NCBI GenBank assembly: GCA_033762295.1
Contig: JANRLW010000083.1
Location: 16,600 to 80,599 of the forward strand
Direction: 5' to 3'
Origin: Capsulimonadales bacterium
GTDB lineage: Bacteria > Armatimonadota > Armatimonadia > Armatimonadales > Armatimonadaceae
Length of the DNA stretch: 64,000 bases
Both the position numbers and the translations under genes were made by a program. How positions within the stretch are numbered: position 1 is the stretch's first letter; the number at the start of each line of letters is the position of its first letter. Shown here piece after piece: positions 1-10,781 of the stretch. The notes beneath the pieces were generated by a model, which searched no databases, was not told the origin of the DNA, and was given only the letters and a program-made list of their open reading frames with translations.

Positions 1-509
1 TTGTCGCCGTGGAACCGCATGTCGCCACCGTGCAGGCGCGCCTCCAGGGGTGGAGCACGGCCCTGATGGCGACCGGGGTCCCGGGAGGCGATGGTCGGAC
101 CCTGTTCAAAAATGGAGATTTCTCCAAGGCGGACGATCGAATGCTGGAGGACTTTCTGGCCGGAAACGGTGATCCGCTGACGGCGCTGGTCTGCACCAAC
201 GATACCGTAGCGTCACAGATGATCCGTTTTCTACAGAATTCCGGACGTCAGATCGGGAAGGATGTCGCCGTCACCGGGTTCGGCAACTCCTTCGCCGGTC
301 TGCTCGATGCGCTGGGACTGACCACCGTCGCCCAGCCGTGGGAGGCCATGGGACGAATGGCCGGCGAGATGCTTCTTGCCCGGCTGAACGACCCTCAGGC
401 CTCGGATGCCGGTGGACCGTCACGGCGGGAGTATCCCTGCCGCGAGGCCGTACTGCCGGTGTCGCTCGTCATTCGCCGCTCCTGCGGCAGTCCGATTCAT
501 TCCGTTTGA
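1..509 (+). CDS. LacI/GntR-type transcriptional regulator, C-terminal sugar-binding domain (5'-partial)
   Basis: Frame is open to the window edge; periplasmic-binding-fold motifs '[11 protein letters not shown]', 'DVAVTGFGN', '[15 protein letters not shown]', '[11 protein letters not shown]'. Confidence 0.85.
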   Translation, partial: VAVEPHVATVQARLQGWSTALMATGVPGGDGRTLFKNGDFSKADDRMLEDFLAGNGDPLTALVCTNDTVASQMIRFLQNSGRQIGKDVAVTGFGNSFAGLLDALGLTTVAQPWEAMGRMAGEMLLARLNDPQASDAGGPSRREYPCREAVLPVSLVIRRSCGSPIHSV

Positions 510-534
510 AGGAACTTGCGAAAGGAAGTCAACG

Positions 535-1407
535 ATGCGTCATGTTAAGGCCGCCCCGCGCCAGGGGTTCACGCTGATCGAGTTGCTTGTTGTCATCGCC
601 ATTATCGCCATTCTGGCAGCGATTCTTTTCCCCGTCTTCGCGCAGGCTCGCGAAAAGGCCCGCCAGACGTCCTGTCTGTCCAACATGAAGCAGTGGGCGA
701 CCGGCTTCATGATGTATGTGCAGGATTATGACGAACGGTTCCCGGCGCAGCAGTGGAACGCCTGGAGCGCCGACTGCACCGTGCAGGGGGTCGCCTACGC
801 CTGGCAGCAGGTCCTCCAGCCGTACGCGGAACGCGCGTCCGAAAACGGTAGCCGGGTCGGCAACAACGATCAGGCGGTCAAACTGAACCTCTGCCCGTCC
901 CACAAGGGCAGCTGGACCGGTCTCCGCAACCCGGCCGGCGAGACCCGGTCCACCGCTCCCCAGCGCCTCGGTTACGGAATGCTCGAATGGGCGAACGCCG
1001 GCGTCGGACTGCCCGGAACCGGCCCGATCGTCTGTGCGCGCCAGGCCGGCGCGTTCCGCCCGCTGGCCGCCATCAACCAGCCCGCCGACACCTTCCTGCT
1101 GGGCGAACAGGGCATCAACTTCAACCAGATGTGCGCCTATCCGTTCGATAACGACCAGAATATCGAGGGCCAGGCGGACTACTGCTTCAACCGCTCGACC
1201 GTCGGCAGGGACTGGTGGTGGCGACCGTTCCCGGATGTCCCCGCGACCATTCCGGTGTCCGGCACCAACCTCGATCCGCGACACAACGGCGGGTCCAACT
1301 TCGCGTTCACCGACGGCCATGCCAAGTGGCTCCGCCCCGGCAACACCTACCGGGCGGACGGCTCGTTCTCGATGTGGACCCTGTCCAACACCTGGCGGGC
1401 GCGCTAG
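535..1407 (+). CDS. DUF1559-type prepilin N-terminal cleavage/methylation protein with H-X9-DG motif
   Basis: '[40 protein letters not shown]' and C-terminal '[16 protein letters not shown]'; ATG 535 follows AAAGGAAG. Confidence 0.92.
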   Translation: MRHVKAAPRQGFTLIELLVVIAIIAILAAILFPVFAQAREKARQTSCLSNMKQWATGFMMYVQDYDERFPAQQWNAWSADCTVQGVAYAWQQVLQPYAERASENGSRVGNNDQAVKLNLCPSHKGSWTGLRNPAGETRSTAPQRLGYGMLEWANAGVGLPGTGPIVCARQAGAFRPLAAINQPADTFLLGEQGINFNQMCAYPFDNDQNIEGQADYCFNRSTVGRDWWWRPFPDVPATIPVSGTNLDPRHNGGSNFAFTDGHAKWLRPGNTYRADGSFSMWTLSNTWRAR

Positions 1408-1436
1408 GCAACAGGCCACCGGAAAGGAAACGCGGA

Positions 1437-2960
1437 ATGAAAACGGCGTTCGTGGTCGGCGGTGCGCTGCTCCTTCTGGGGACGGTCGCCGGATCGATCG
1501 TTTCGGGACGCGGCATACCGCGTTTCCTTTCCCCGCTCAACGGTCCGCCGACCGAAAAAGTGCTGATTGTTGAGGGACGGCGGGAGCCGTCCGAAGCCGT
1601 GGTCGGACGGCGGGCGATGAAATACCTGCCGTTCGACGTGCCCGAAGGGGTAACGCGCCTGGTCATTCGCAAGGAGTTCGATCATGGCGCGGACCCCGAC
1701 CGGCGCAATACGGTCGACATGGGGCTGTTCGATCCGCGCGGCGGCGATGCGACGAAGGGCGAACCGAACGCCGCCGGATTCCGTGGCTGGCAGGGCGGCG
1801 TCCCGAACGATCTGGTGGTGGCGGCGACCCCCGATGCCTGCTCGCCGCACGCGATCCCCGGATATCTTCCCGCCGGACGCTGGCATATCGCCCAGTACTT
1901 CCTGAAATCCTCCCCGTCCGGACTGGGCTATCGTTACACGATCACCCTCTCCTTCGACGGAGCGACGCCGAAAAAGGGCAACGCGCCGATCCCTGCATAC
2001 GAACCGGGTATCCTTCGTCCCGACGCCGGATGGTACGTGGGCAACCTGCACAGCCACACGGTGCATTCGGATGGCGGACGTACCCTGGAGGACCTGGTAA
2101 CGCGCAGCGAGAGCAAAGGCTTCGATTTCCTCGCCGTCACCGACCATAACTCCCCGGCGACGCACTATCATTTCGCGGCGGTCGGTCGGGCGCACCCGAA
2201 CCACCTGCTGCTGATGGGCAACGAGTTTACCTCGCCGGGCGGCCATGCCAACATCCTGAACCAGAAACCGGGCCACTTTTTCGATTTTCGCTTCGATCCG
2301 GGCGAGGGTCGTCTGCCGGCGGTGATCGAGGAGGCCCACCGTCAGCAGGCCCTGTTTATGGTGAACCATCCGTTCGCTCCCTGCACCTCCTGCCCGTGGA
2401 TCTACCCGACGTCGGAATGGGACCGGGCGGACGCGATCGAAGTCTGGAACGGGCCATGGACGCCCGATGACCGACGGGCGGTCGACCTGTGGGATCGGCT
2501 GCTGAAGCAGGGGCGACGGCTGCACGCCTTCGGCGGTACCGACTACCACCGGGGCGAGGACGCGATGATACCGGCCGTTCGTGTGTTCGCCGCCAATCTG
2601 TCGCGAAAGGCGGTAATGGAGGGGCTGACGAAAGGGCGGGTCACTCTCTCGGAGACGCCGCAGGGACCGACCCTGAGCCTGACCGACGCCCGCGGTACGG
2701 CGCTGCCCGGCGCGACCCTTCGGACCCGGCAGGGCGAAACGATCCCCATCGAGGTTCGGGTGACCGGTGGAATGGGCAAACGTTTGCGACTGATCCGCAG
2801 CGACGGCGAAACGACCCGGCAGGTGACAACGGACGAGGAACGGATCTCTCTGACAATTCCGGCCCCGGCGGGTTCGGGGTACGTTCGAGCGGAACTGACC
2901 GGGGAGGACGGGCGAATGCTCGCCCTCACAAATCCGCTGTATCTGGTATCCGGTCGGTAA
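1437..2960 (+). CDS. Exported PHP-domain metallohydrolase (CehA/McbA-like)
   Basis: N-terminal hydrophobic segment; PHP motifs 'GNLHSHTVHSDG', 'AVTDHN', 'GHAN', 'VNHP', 'IEVWNG', 'GGTDYH'; C-terminal 'YVRAEL...ALTNPLY'. Confidence 0.85.
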   Translation: MKTAFVVGGALLLLGTVAGSIVSGRGIPRFLSPLNGPPTEKVLIVEGRREPSEAVVGRRAMKYLPFDVPEGVTRLVIRKEFDHGADPDRRNTVDMGLFDPRGGDATKGEPNAAGFRGWQGGVPNDLVVAATPDACSPHAIPGYLPAGRWHIAQYFLKSSPSGLGYRYTITLSFDGATPKKGNAPIPAYEPGILRPDAGWYVGNLHSHTVHSDGGRTLEDLVTRSESKGFDFLAVTDHNSPATHYHFAAVGRAHPNHLLLMGNEFTSPGGHANILNQKPGHFFDFRFDPGEGRLPAVIEEAHRQQALFMVNHPFAPCTSCPWIYPTSEWDRADAIEVWNGPWTPDDRRAVDLWDRLLKQGRRLHAFGGTDYHRGEDAMIPAVRVFAANLSRKAVMEGLTKGRVTLSETPQGPTLSLTDARGTALPGATLRTRQGETIPIEVRVTGGMGKRLRLIRSDGETTRQVTTDEERISLTIPAPAGSGYVRAELTGEDGRMLALTNPLYLVSGR

Positions 2961-3011
2961 CATCGCCGGTAACCGCTTCGATGCGGCGACCGGGAGCGGT
3001 CCCCGACGGAG

Positions 3012-3449
3012 CTAATGAAAGGCTTTGTCGAGCTGAAGGGCGGCGGTAAAGAACGCTCCGAACCGTCGGCAGGCGTCGGCGATATCCCGTGGCAGTCCCG
3101 TTTCCGGTTCGACGGACACGAACCAGGAGCGGCCACCGCTCGTCTCGCAGGCCGCGATATGGAGCTTACCGATACCTTTCGGAACGTCGCAGTTCAGGGA
3201 ATCGAGGGTGATCATTTCGCACTCCATCTCCCGGAGTTGGCCGTTCGCATCGCCGGCGGCGGCGAGCGGCACCAGGGCGAAATCCGGGAGGCCGTCGAGC
3301 TGTTCGAGCACGCCCGGCTTGCCGCAACGGATTTGATACCAGAGGGTTCGGCATCGCCAGACCAGGGACGCGGATACCTCCTCCCCGTTTCGTTTGTGCG
3401 ACGATCGAGACTCGCTATTCCCATCCGCCCAGTATCGGCGTGTTTCCAT
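3012..3449 (-). CDS. Hypothetical protein
   Basis: 145-aa ATG ORF filling the gap between the PHP gene and tatA; protein-like composition; no motif recognised. Confidence 0.5.
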   Translation of the reverse strand: METRRYWADGNSESRSSHKRNGEEVSASLVWRCRTLWYQIRCGKPGVLEQLDGLPDFALVPLAAAGDANGQLREMECEMITLDSLNCDVPKGIGKLHIAACETSGGRSWFVSVEPETGLPRDIADACRRFGAFFTAALQLDKAFH

Positions 3450-3672
3450 GCATCCGTGCAGACCGCGCGGCCGGTCTGCGCTCCTTCCCCAAGATCCGTT
3501 CTCTCAACCGGAACGTCGACTACTTTATACACGGAAACGAACGTATGTAAACCGAATCTTTACCCATAAAAATACGGTATTTCCGTGAAAAAAGACGCAA
3601 ATGCAAAAGAAACCGTAGTGTTACGGGGCGTTTGCGCCGGGGAGGGAGAGGGGCGGAGGGGAAGGACGCCGA

Positions 3673-3885
3673 TTATTTTTCCGACGGTTTCGCGTCGGTC
3701 GTCTTGCTTTCGGACGGTTCCTCGGCGCCGTTCATCGTTTTTTTCAACTCCCGAATGCCTTCGCCGACCCCTTTCGCAAGTTCGGGAATCTTGCTGCCGC
3801 CGAACAGCAACAGCGCGATGACCGCGACAATCATCCAGTCCTGCGTGGAGGAAATAAACGCGAAGGTCAAGGGTAAACCGGACAT
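3673..3885 (-). CDS. tatA: Twin-arginine translocase TatA/TatE subunit
   Basis: 'IVAVIALLLFGGSKIPELAKGVGEGIRELKK' TatA signature; AGGAGAG RBS. Confidence 0.93.
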   Translation of the reverse strand: MSGLPLTFAFISSTQDWMIVAVIALLLFGGSKIPELAKGVGEGIRELKKTMNGAEEPSESKTTDAKPSEK

Positions 3886-3946
3886 AATGCTCTCCTGACG
3901 CGAAAGTGCGCCTCCCCCATTATAGCGCGTCCGGCGGCGACGGCGC

Positions 3947-5269
3947 TCAACGGGATGGGATGGCCTCCCCCGACGCGGACGATTCCGTCGACGGGTCGCG
4001 GAAGGTAAACAGGTAGGCCAGGGCGCAGATCAATGTCAGCGCCGTCGGCAGGATGAAGACCGGAACCCAGTTCGTCTGACCGTTCTTCGTAAAGTACTCC
4101 ATGACCCGCCCGCAGAATTCGCTCCCGAGCCAGTTGCCCAGTCCGAGCGTGATCAGGTTCAGCAGGGCCTGCGCGCTCGAACGAATGTCCTTCGGAGCCA
4201 CCCGATCGACATACAACTGCTGGCCGACGATGACGAACGCATAGCCGAACCCGTGCAGACCGAGCGACGCGACGACCAGCCAGGCGGGCTGGCCGATCGC
4301 AAAGATCAGGTACCGCAGAGGCCAGGCGAAACTGCCGAGCAGCAAACACCATTTCATACCCTTGCGCGGCAGGAAGTAGGGAAGCAAAATCGCCATCGCC
4401 ACGATCTCCGCCCACTGGCTGATCGACTTGACCGGCGAAACCCATTCATGCGGAATATTGGTGAAGACGCCGGATTCCAGGAACGGGCCGGAGAGGAGGT
4501 AGTAAAACTGGAACTCGGTCGCCGCGATGAAGGAGACGATCATGAAGGCGGTGAAGCCGGGCACCGTGCGGAACAGTCCGAACGCCTTGCGGAAGGCGAG
4601 CGGGTCCGTCGTTTCGCCGGAGACACGGGCGGTCGGCGGGGTGTTCGGCAGGAGCAGGGAGTAGATCGCCATCACGACCCCCGCAAGCGCCGCCAGCTGC
4701 ATCTCCGGGATCGCGCCGGTTTTTCCGGTTTTATCCGCGTTCGTCAGATTCATAAACACGGGAAGCAGGAACGAGACGGCGATCCACCCGATCGTTCCGG
4801 CCGTTCGAATCCAGGCGAACTCCCGTTCACGCTCCCCTTCGGTCCCGCCCGTACGCTCGATATGATGGAACGCGATCGCATTGGTCACGGCAAGCGTCGG
4901 CATGAACAGCAGCGACCAGATGCCGATCCAGAGCATGATGCTTTCCGCGCCGGTCTGAAGCGACAGAATCCAGGCGGCGCCGGCGGCCAGCAGATGCGAC
5001 GCGGCCAGAAACCACTGGCCGGGCATGAAACGGTCCGCGATCTGCCCGCCGAAGAAGGGCGCGGCGATACAGGCCAGCCACATAATCCCGTAAATCGTTC
5101 CGATCTGGGTGCCCGGAATCCCGCGATTGGTCAGAGTCGCGGACAGAATCGGCATCCATGCACCCCAGACCGCATACTCCAGAAACATCATCGCGGACAA
5201 TCGGACCCGCAGGTCGGTGCGCGATACCCCGGCCGCCTCCGGAACGTCACTCAAACTCGCACTGCTCAT
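3947..5269 (-). CDS. MFS transporter, nucleoside:H+ symporter (NupG/XapB-like) family
   Basis: 'RLSAMMFLEYAVWGAW', 'GQIADRF', 'IRTAGTIGWI', 'SISQWAEI', 'YVDRVAPKDIRSSAQAL'; about 12 hydrophobic segments. Confidence 0.88.
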   Translation of the reverse strand: MSSASLSDVPEAAGVSRTDLRVRLSAMMFLEYAVWGAWMPILSATLTNRGIPGTQIGTIYGIMWLACIAAPFFGGQIADRFMPGQWFLAASHLLAAGAAWILSLQTGAESIMLWIGIWSLLFMPTLAVTNAIAFHHIERTGGTEGEREREFAWIRTAGTIGWIAVSFLLPVFMNLTNADKTGKTGAIPEMQLAALAGVVMAIYSLLLPNTPPTARVSGETTDPLAFRKAFGLFRTVPGFTAFMIVSFIAATEFQFYYLLSGPFLESGVFTNIPHEWVSPVKSISQWAEIVAMAILLPYFLPRKGMKWCLLLGSFAWPLRYLIFAIGQPAWLVVASLGLHGFGYAFVIVGQQLYVDRVAPKDIRSSAQALLNLITLGLGNWLGSEFCGRVMEYFTKNGQTNWVPVFILPTALTLICALAYLFTFRDPSTESSASGEAIPSR

Positions 5270-5434
5270 CGCTTTCGGCTGCTCCTTACCACCTGAACCA
5301 TTGTTCGCTTCCGGCCCGAAAACTCCTTCCGGGGCCGAACTCGACTTCGCCCCCGGAGATTTATGCGCGTCCGTTCCGGGTTCCCGTTTCCTGGTGGCGG
5401 GGTATACTGCCGAAAAACCCCACAGGAAGATTTA

Positions 5435-7243
5435 ATGGAACCCGGAACAAGCCTCCCCCGACGGCAGGAGATGGATGCCGCCTATCAGTGGAATGCCGAG
5501 AGCGTCTTTCCGACCCGCGATGACTGGCGGACGGAGGCGGAGCAATGGAGCGCGGACCTGCCCGTATTGGACACGTTCCGTGGTCGACTCAGCGAATCTC
5601 CGACGGTGCTGGCCGACGCGTTCGACCGGATGCAGGCTCTGGTGGCGCGGCTTGCCCGACTCCGCGTCTACGCCGGAATGGCGTCCAGCGTCGATACCGA
5701 TGACCCGGAAGCCCTCGGACTGCGTGGACTCTCCATGACCCTGACCGCCCGGTACCTCGCGGCCGCCGCCTTTGTCGATCCCGAACTGATCGCTCTGGGC
5801 GCGGAGACGCTGACCGCGTGGCGCGCACGCGAACCCCGCCTCGCCTTCCTGGAACCCTATTGCGATAACCTCTTTCGCCTGCAGAAGCACGTCCGTTCCG
5901 CCGAGGTCGAAGCCGTGCTGGGCATGGCGAACGATCCGCTGATGGCGATCGGCAACATCTACGGGCAGTTGACCGACGCCGACCTGGACTTCCCGCCCGC
6001 CGTTACCGAAACCGGCGCCCGGTTCGAGGTCGCCCAGAGTACGATCGAGGGAACCAAACACAGCCCGGATCGCGAACTGCGCCGCACCGCCTGGGAAAGC
6101 TATTCCGACGAGTACCTGGCCCACAAAAAGACCCTCTCCGCCGCGCTGATCGCCTCCTACAAAGCCGATGTCTTTCTGGCGCGCGCGCGTCACTACCCGA
6201 CCGCGCTGGACGCGTCGCTCTTCCGCAACAACGTTCCCCGGGCCGTCTACGACAACCTGATCGAGACCTTCCGTAAAAACCTGCCGACCTGGCACCGTTA
6301 CTGGCGCATCCGGCGAAAGGCGCTGGGCGTCGAGACGCTCTATCCGTACGACATCTGGGCGCCGTTGACCCCGAACAAGCCGACCGTGCCGTACGAGCAG
6401 GCCGTGGAGTGGATCGCGGCCGGAATGGCCCCCCTCGGCGAGGAGTACGTGAACGTCCTGCGGCGCGGCTGCGGTGACGAACGCTGGGTCGATGTCTATC
6501 CGAACCAGGGCAAGACGCAGGGAGCGTTTTCGTCCGGCGCGAAGGGAACGCATCCCTTCATCATGATGAGCTACACCGACGACCTGGAGAGCATGAGTAC
6601 GCTCGCTCACGAACTCGGTCACTCGATGCACTCCTATTTCACGCGCGGAACGCAGCCCGCTCTCTACGCGAACTACAGCATGTTCGTCGCCGAGACGGCG
6701 TCCAACTTCAACCAGGCGCTCACCCGCGCCTACCTGTTCCGGGAAAACGCCGACCGCGATTTCCAAATCTCGCTGATTGAGGAAGCGATGAGCAACTTCC
6801 ATCGCTACTTCTTCATCATGCCAACCCTGGCGCGATTCGAACTGGAGATACACACGCGCGTCGAAGCCGGAAAAACCCCGACGGCGGAGGAGATGATCGA
6901 GTACTGCGCCGACCTGTTCGAAGAGGGCTACGGCGGAGAGATGGGCGGGGACCGCCAGCGGATCGGAATCACGTTCGCGCAATTCCGCCACCTCTTCATG
7001 GCGTACTACGTCTTCAACTACGCCACCGGGCTGTCGGCGGCGCATGCGATCTCGAAGCGTATCCTCGATGGCGTTCCGGGCGCGGTCGAATCTTATCTGA
7101 CGGCGCTTCGCGCCGGCAACACCGTCTATCCGGTCGAGACCCTCGATATCGCCGGAATCGACATGCGAACGCCGGAACCGGTGGAACAGACATTCGCCAT
7201 TCTCGCCGACATGGTCGATCGCCTCGAAACGCTGACCGCCTGA
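5435..7243 (+). CDS. pepF: Oligoendopeptidase F (peptidase M3B)
   Basis: Zinc motif 'TLAHELGHSMHS', 'WVDVYPNQGKTQGAFSSG', 'FVAETASNFN'. Confidence 0.93.
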   Translation: MEPGTSLPRRQEMDAAYQWNAESVFPTRDDWRTEAEQWSADLPVLDTFRGRLSESPTVLADAFDRMQALVARLARLRVYAGMASSVDTDDPEALGLRGLSMTLTARYLAAAAFVDPELIALGAETLTAWRAREPRLAFLEPYCDNLFRLQKHVRSAEVEAVLGMANDPLMAIGNIYGQLTDADLDFPPAVTETGARFEVAQSTIEGTKHSPDRELRRTAWESYSDEYLAHKKTLSAALIASYKADVFLARARHYPTALDASLFRNNVPRAVYDNLIETFRKNLPTWHRYWRIRRKALGVETLYPYDIWAPLTPNKPTVPYEQAVEWIAAGMAPLGEEYVNVLRRGCGDERWVDVYPNQGKTQGAFSSGAKGTHPFIMMSYTDDLESMSTLAHELGHSMHSYFTRGTQPALYANYSMFVAETASNFNQALTRAYLFRENADRDFQISLIEEAMSNFHRYFFIMPTLARFELEIHTRVEAGKTPTAEEMIEYCADLFEEGYGGEMGGDRQRIGITFAQFRHLFMAYYVFNYATGLSAAHAISKRILDGVPGAVESYLTALRAGNTVYPVETLDIAGIDMRTPEPVEQTFAILADMVDRLETLTA

Positions 7244-7250
7244 AAAAGCC

Positions 7251-7280
7251 TGCCCCCTCTCCCCGGCGGGAGAGGGGGCA
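7251..7280. terminator. GC-rich hairpin between convergent genes (probable bidirectional terminator / REP-like)
   Basis: TGCCCCCTCTCCC-CGGC-GGGAGAGGGGGCA, a 13-bp perfect stem, between the pepF stop and the caspase-gene stop. Confidence 0.7.
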
Positions 7281-7291
7281 AAGGCCGTACG

Positions 7292-9709
7292 TTACGGGAA
7301 CCGGGGCAGGGGAACACCGCCGGGGATCTTCAGCTTGCGCCGCAGGTCATCGGGAAGGTCCAGCACCTTCTGCAGTTCGGGCGGCATGAAGTTGGCGATT
7401 CGGGTGCTCAACTGGGCGTTGGTCAGGTAGCGCACCGCCTGCTCGAGGTTGGGCGTGATATCCCGCGCGTCGCCGAAGTAGCCCTCCGACGCCGCCAGGA
7501 GCGCGGCCTGTTTCGGACCGCTCGCGCCCTGCGCCCTCTGTCGGTAGATCGAGGCCAGCGACAGGTTCAGTGCGGCCACTTCGGTGGGATCGGACGCCGC
7601 GCCCCGGTTGGCGTTGGCCGACTCGTACTCCTTCTGCGCCTCCGGCGCTTTATCCTGAAGGTGATAGCAGTAGGCCAGTTCGCGATGCGCCTCGTAGTAC
7701 TCCGGTCGCAGGCGCAACGCTTCCTTGAGTTCCGCCACCGCGCGATCCAGTTCCGTCTTTCGGGCGTTCTCGTCCCGGATGTGCAGGGCGAAGAACCGAA
7801 TCCCATAGCCCATTCCGTAGTGGTTTGCCGGATCGTTCGGACCGAAAAGCAATGCCTTGCCGAACGCCGCCAGCGCCGTCTCCTGATTCTTGCCGCCGCT
7901 GTCGGTCGCCATCAGAGCGAATCCGAGCGCCCGCTGCGCCTCCGGGGCGTTGGCATCCAGCCGGACGGCCTCCTCGGCAGCGCGTCGGGCCAGGATGGCA
8001 GCGTCCTTCCAGTCCTTCGGAACGAGGTAGGTCGCCGGTCCGCCGCTGAAATCCTCGTCCTTGCCTTTTTCGTTTTTGTCCCCCTTGTTGAGCAGGCCGC
8101 CGAGAAGACCACCCTTCTTCTTTGGTTTGTCGGTCGAACCCGACGTGCGTAACGGAGCCTCCTTCAGGGAGAGTTCGGCATAGGCGACGGAGAGCAGCGA
8201 AAGCCCATGGGCGGTCGCCGGGGTTTTCGTTACCATCTGCGTCAGCGTCTCGATCGCCGTGCGCGGATTGCCACGTCGTCGGCGCAGGTCCGCAAGACGC
8301 TCGTAGGCCGGGACGAACGACGGGTCGGACTGCAAAACGGCGGTGTATCCTGCCTCGGCCACCTCCCACTGCTGTCGGCTTTCGGCATCCAGGGCACGGC
8401 GATACATCTCGGGCAGAACGTTTTCGCCGGATGCGCCGCGTGCGTCCGGCGTCGGGCTGACCGTCAGGAGCAGGTCGTAACCGGCCAGTGCGGTAAACTC
8501 GCGCTCCAGTGGCGCGTAGCCGGGCGCTTCGATCTTCAGGGTATGACGGCCCACCGAGGATATCGGAACGGTCAGGGGTGCGGCGCCCATGCGCTGGTTA
8601 TCGAGAAGGACCTGGGCTCCCGGCGGGTTGGCGAGCACGATAACCCGGGGCGGCGGCGCCTGGGCCGGAGCCGGAGGCAGCGGCTTTTTCACCCGCATCA
8701 GAATGATCGGGTCGGTCAGGTCGCTCGCCACGAACTCCGGCGTCTGTTCCACCTCGAAATCGCCCTTTTCCGATGCCTGCTTCGCCCATCCGCCCACCTT
8801 CTGGCGGACGTAACCCGCGAGAACGCCCATATCGATCGCGCCGTCGGGTCTGCGCGCGGCGGCGGCGGTCCGAATCCCGTCCAGAATCCAGTAGGTGAAA
8901 ACCCCGTGGTTCAGGGCGGGGTCCTCGAAAGCCCGCTGTCCGATACTGCAGGCGAAGAAACTGGCGGACGCCGCCGGGCGGTTCGGGTCCTCGGAGACGA
9001 TACGGACGCCCCGGCTCAGGACATCGCTCATCGTGTTACCCTTGATGCCGCGGCCGGGGGTCGGGTCTTCGCGGCAGGCATCGACGAAGACGACGAACTG
9101 TCGGGCCGGTAATTTGCCCAGTTTGTCACTGAGTGTGCGCAGGTTGACGGCGGACGAATCGAGCGAGGGCGTCGTCAATCCCTTCGTATCGGTGGGCAGA
9201 AGGTAGCTCTTCGCTTCCGCGCCGGCTCCCTTGGCAACGCCATGGCCGGCCAGAAACAGCACCACCTGATCTCCCGGGCGGACATTCGGCGTCAGAAAGG
9301 TATCGACCGCGGCCAGGATCCCGGCGGCGGTCGCCTGATCGTCGGTCAGCAGGTGAACGTTCGCGGCGGGGATACCGCCCAGTTCCTTATCGACCAGCGC
9401 ATCGCGGATGCCGGTCGCATCGGCGGCCGGGTAGCGAAGCGTGGCGATCTGCGGGTTGCGGTACTTACTGACACCGACGAGCAGCGCCCAGATACGGCCG
9501 GATTCGGCGCTGGCGGTCGGCGCGGTCCCGGGGGCATCCGTCGTTTCCGTCGGTTTGGGTTTGGGTGCGGGTTTGGACGCCGGTTTCGTAGCGGGAACGG
9601 TCGCCGGTTTGGGCGCGGGCTTTTTGCTCCCCTGAGCGAAGACGGGGGCGGATGCGAGAAGGCTGCCGCACAACAGGGCCATCCCGGCGGTAATTCGGTG
9701 ATTTCGCAT
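7292..9709 (-). CDS. Exported caspase-family (peptidase C14) protein with PEGA domain and TPR repeats
   Basis: Signal peptide ending 'PVFA'; P/K-rich linker; 'WALLVGVSKY', catalytic 'LAGHG' and 'VDACR', 'HGVFTYWILDGI'; PEGA 'ANPPGAQVLLD...GRHTLKIEAPGY'; TPR-like helices. Confidence 0.88.
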   Translation of the reverse strand: MRNHRITAGMALLCGSLLASAPVFAQGSKKPAPKPATVPATKPASKPAPKPKPTETTDAPGTAPTASAESGRIWALLVGVSKYRNPQIATLRYPAADATGIRDALVDKELGGIPAANVHLLTDDQATAAGILAAVDTFLTPNVRPGDQVVLFLAGHGVAKGAGAEAKSYLLPTDTKGLTTPSLDSSAVNLRTLSDKLGKLPARQFVVFVDACREDPTPGRGIKGNTMSDVLSRGVRIVSEDPNRPAASASFFACSIGQRAFEDPALNHGVFTYWILDGIRTAAAARRPDGAIDMGVLAGYVRQKVGGWAKQASEKGDFEVEQTPEFVASDLTDPIILMRVKKPLPPAPAQAPPPRVIVLANPPGAQVLLDNQRMGAAPLTVPISSVGRHTLKIEAPGYAPLEREFTALAGYDLLLTVSPTPDARGASGENVLPEMYRRALDAESRQQWEVAEAGYTAVLQSDPSFVPAYERLADLRRRRGNPRTAIETLTQMVTKTPATAHGLSLLSVAYAELSLKEAPLRTSGSTDKPKKKGGLLGGLLNKGDKNEKGKDEDFSGGPATYLVPKDWKDAAILARRAAEEAVRLDANAPEAQRALGFALMATDSGGKNQETALAAFGKALLFGPNDPANHYGMGYGIRFFALHIRDENARKTELDRAVAELKEALRLRPEYYEAHRELAYCYHLQDKAPEAQKEYESANANRGAASDPTEVAALNLSLASIYRQRAQGASGPKQAALLAASEGYFGDARDITPNLEQAVRYLTNAQLSTRIANFMPPELQKVLDLPDDLRRKLKIPGGVPLPRFP

Positions 9710-9797
9710 AATCTCTCTTGCTATCGATCCCGGTCAGGGACCGACGGACTCTACGGATGGGATTTGTGTATGGGAAGACGGGTATGGAGTCGTGTCG

Positions 9798-10730
9798 CTA
9801 CGGGGTAGCGCTGGCGACTCCGATCGGAGCGGACCCGGTTCGCAGCAACTGGGCGTACCGACTGATCCGGGCATAGATGTCGTCCTGCGCCTCCCGGATA
9901 CCGACCTGTCGTTCGAGTTCGGGGCGTTCCAGGATTTCCAGCGTTCGCTCCAGCGCCCCGTACTCGGCGTAGAGTTCCGCCAGCAGAACGAGGTGCGTCA
10001 CATTATCCGCTGCCTTCGCCTGCTCCTCGATCTCCCTGGCCTGGGCGGTAAGCTGCGCCGCGTCGGCGGCGGAGAGGAAGGTCAGAACTCCCCACCGGGA
10101 TTCGGGCAGCGGCTTGCCGCTTTCGGCGAACGGCACCAGACGCCAGACATAGGGGCGGCGCAAGGCGAAGTAGGGCAGGTCCGCCGGGTACTCCGAAGCG
10201 GGGGCGGTCACTCGCTGACTCCAGACGATATTGTCATGGCTGTCAAAGAGCGTGAACGTGTAGGAGACGGCCTTCGCGACCGGCGTCCAGGTGAAGCGAC
10301 GCTCGCCTTCGGTCAGCCAGCCGGGGTAGGTGGGGAGAAGCCGCTGATGAGCCTGCGCCGGGCGGGCGAAGAAGCCGTTGGGCCGGTCGCCGGCCATGTT
10401 GCGGGCAACCTGTATCCCCGCCCCGCGCAGACCGGTCACCTTTTGCGCACCCTTGACACCTTTCGCTTCCAGCGTCACCGTCGTACCCGCCGCCACCCGA
10501 CACTGTTCCGCCGTGGCGAAGACCGTGAGGATAACCTCGCCGTCCGGACCGCAGCGAACGCTGTCTCCCGCTTCCAGTCGGTTCATCAGGCGCAGCGGTT
10601 TCCATTCGCTCCCGGAGGCGGGACGCATTTCGGCTTTACCGGTCAGGTGGGTCACCATGCCCACGGGCGCACCGTACACGGTCGGCAGCCAACCCAGCAA
10701 CAGAACGAGAACACCAATCCATCGTTTCAT
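9798..10730 (-). CDS. Exported protein with FecR-like N-terminus and DUF928-like C-terminal domain
   Basis: Signal peptide 'MKRWIGVLVLLLGWLPTVYG'; 'VTHLTGKAEM...LEAGDSVRCGPDGEVIL'; 'FTWTPV...YTFTL...YPADLP...YVWRL...LAELYAEYG' resembles DUF928. Confidence 0.6.
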   Translation of the reverse strand: MKRWIGVLVLLLGWLPTVYGAPVGMVTHLTGKAEMRPASGSEWKPLRLMNRLEAGDSVRCGPDGEVILTVFATAEQCRVAAGTTVTLEAKGVKGAQKVTGLRGAGIQVARNMAGDRPNGFFARPAQAHQRLLPTYPGWLTEGERRFTWTPVAKAVSYTFTLFDSHDNIVWSQRVTAPASEYPADLPYFALRRPYVWRLVPFAESGKPLPESRWGVLTFLSAADAAQLTAQAREIEEQAKAADNVTHLVLLAELYAEYGALERTLEILERPELERQVGIREAQDDIYARISRYAQLLRTGSAPIGVASATP

Positions 10731-10781
10731 AGGATAAAACCTGTGATTCTTGAACATCGTACTATGAGAGTGTACACATGT

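Noticed and set aside
565..700. Similarity between the two DUF1559 5' ends as a DGR or recombination cassette
   Set aside because: Differences are mostly synonymous, indicating protein-level conservation; no reverse transcriptase or recombinase in the window.
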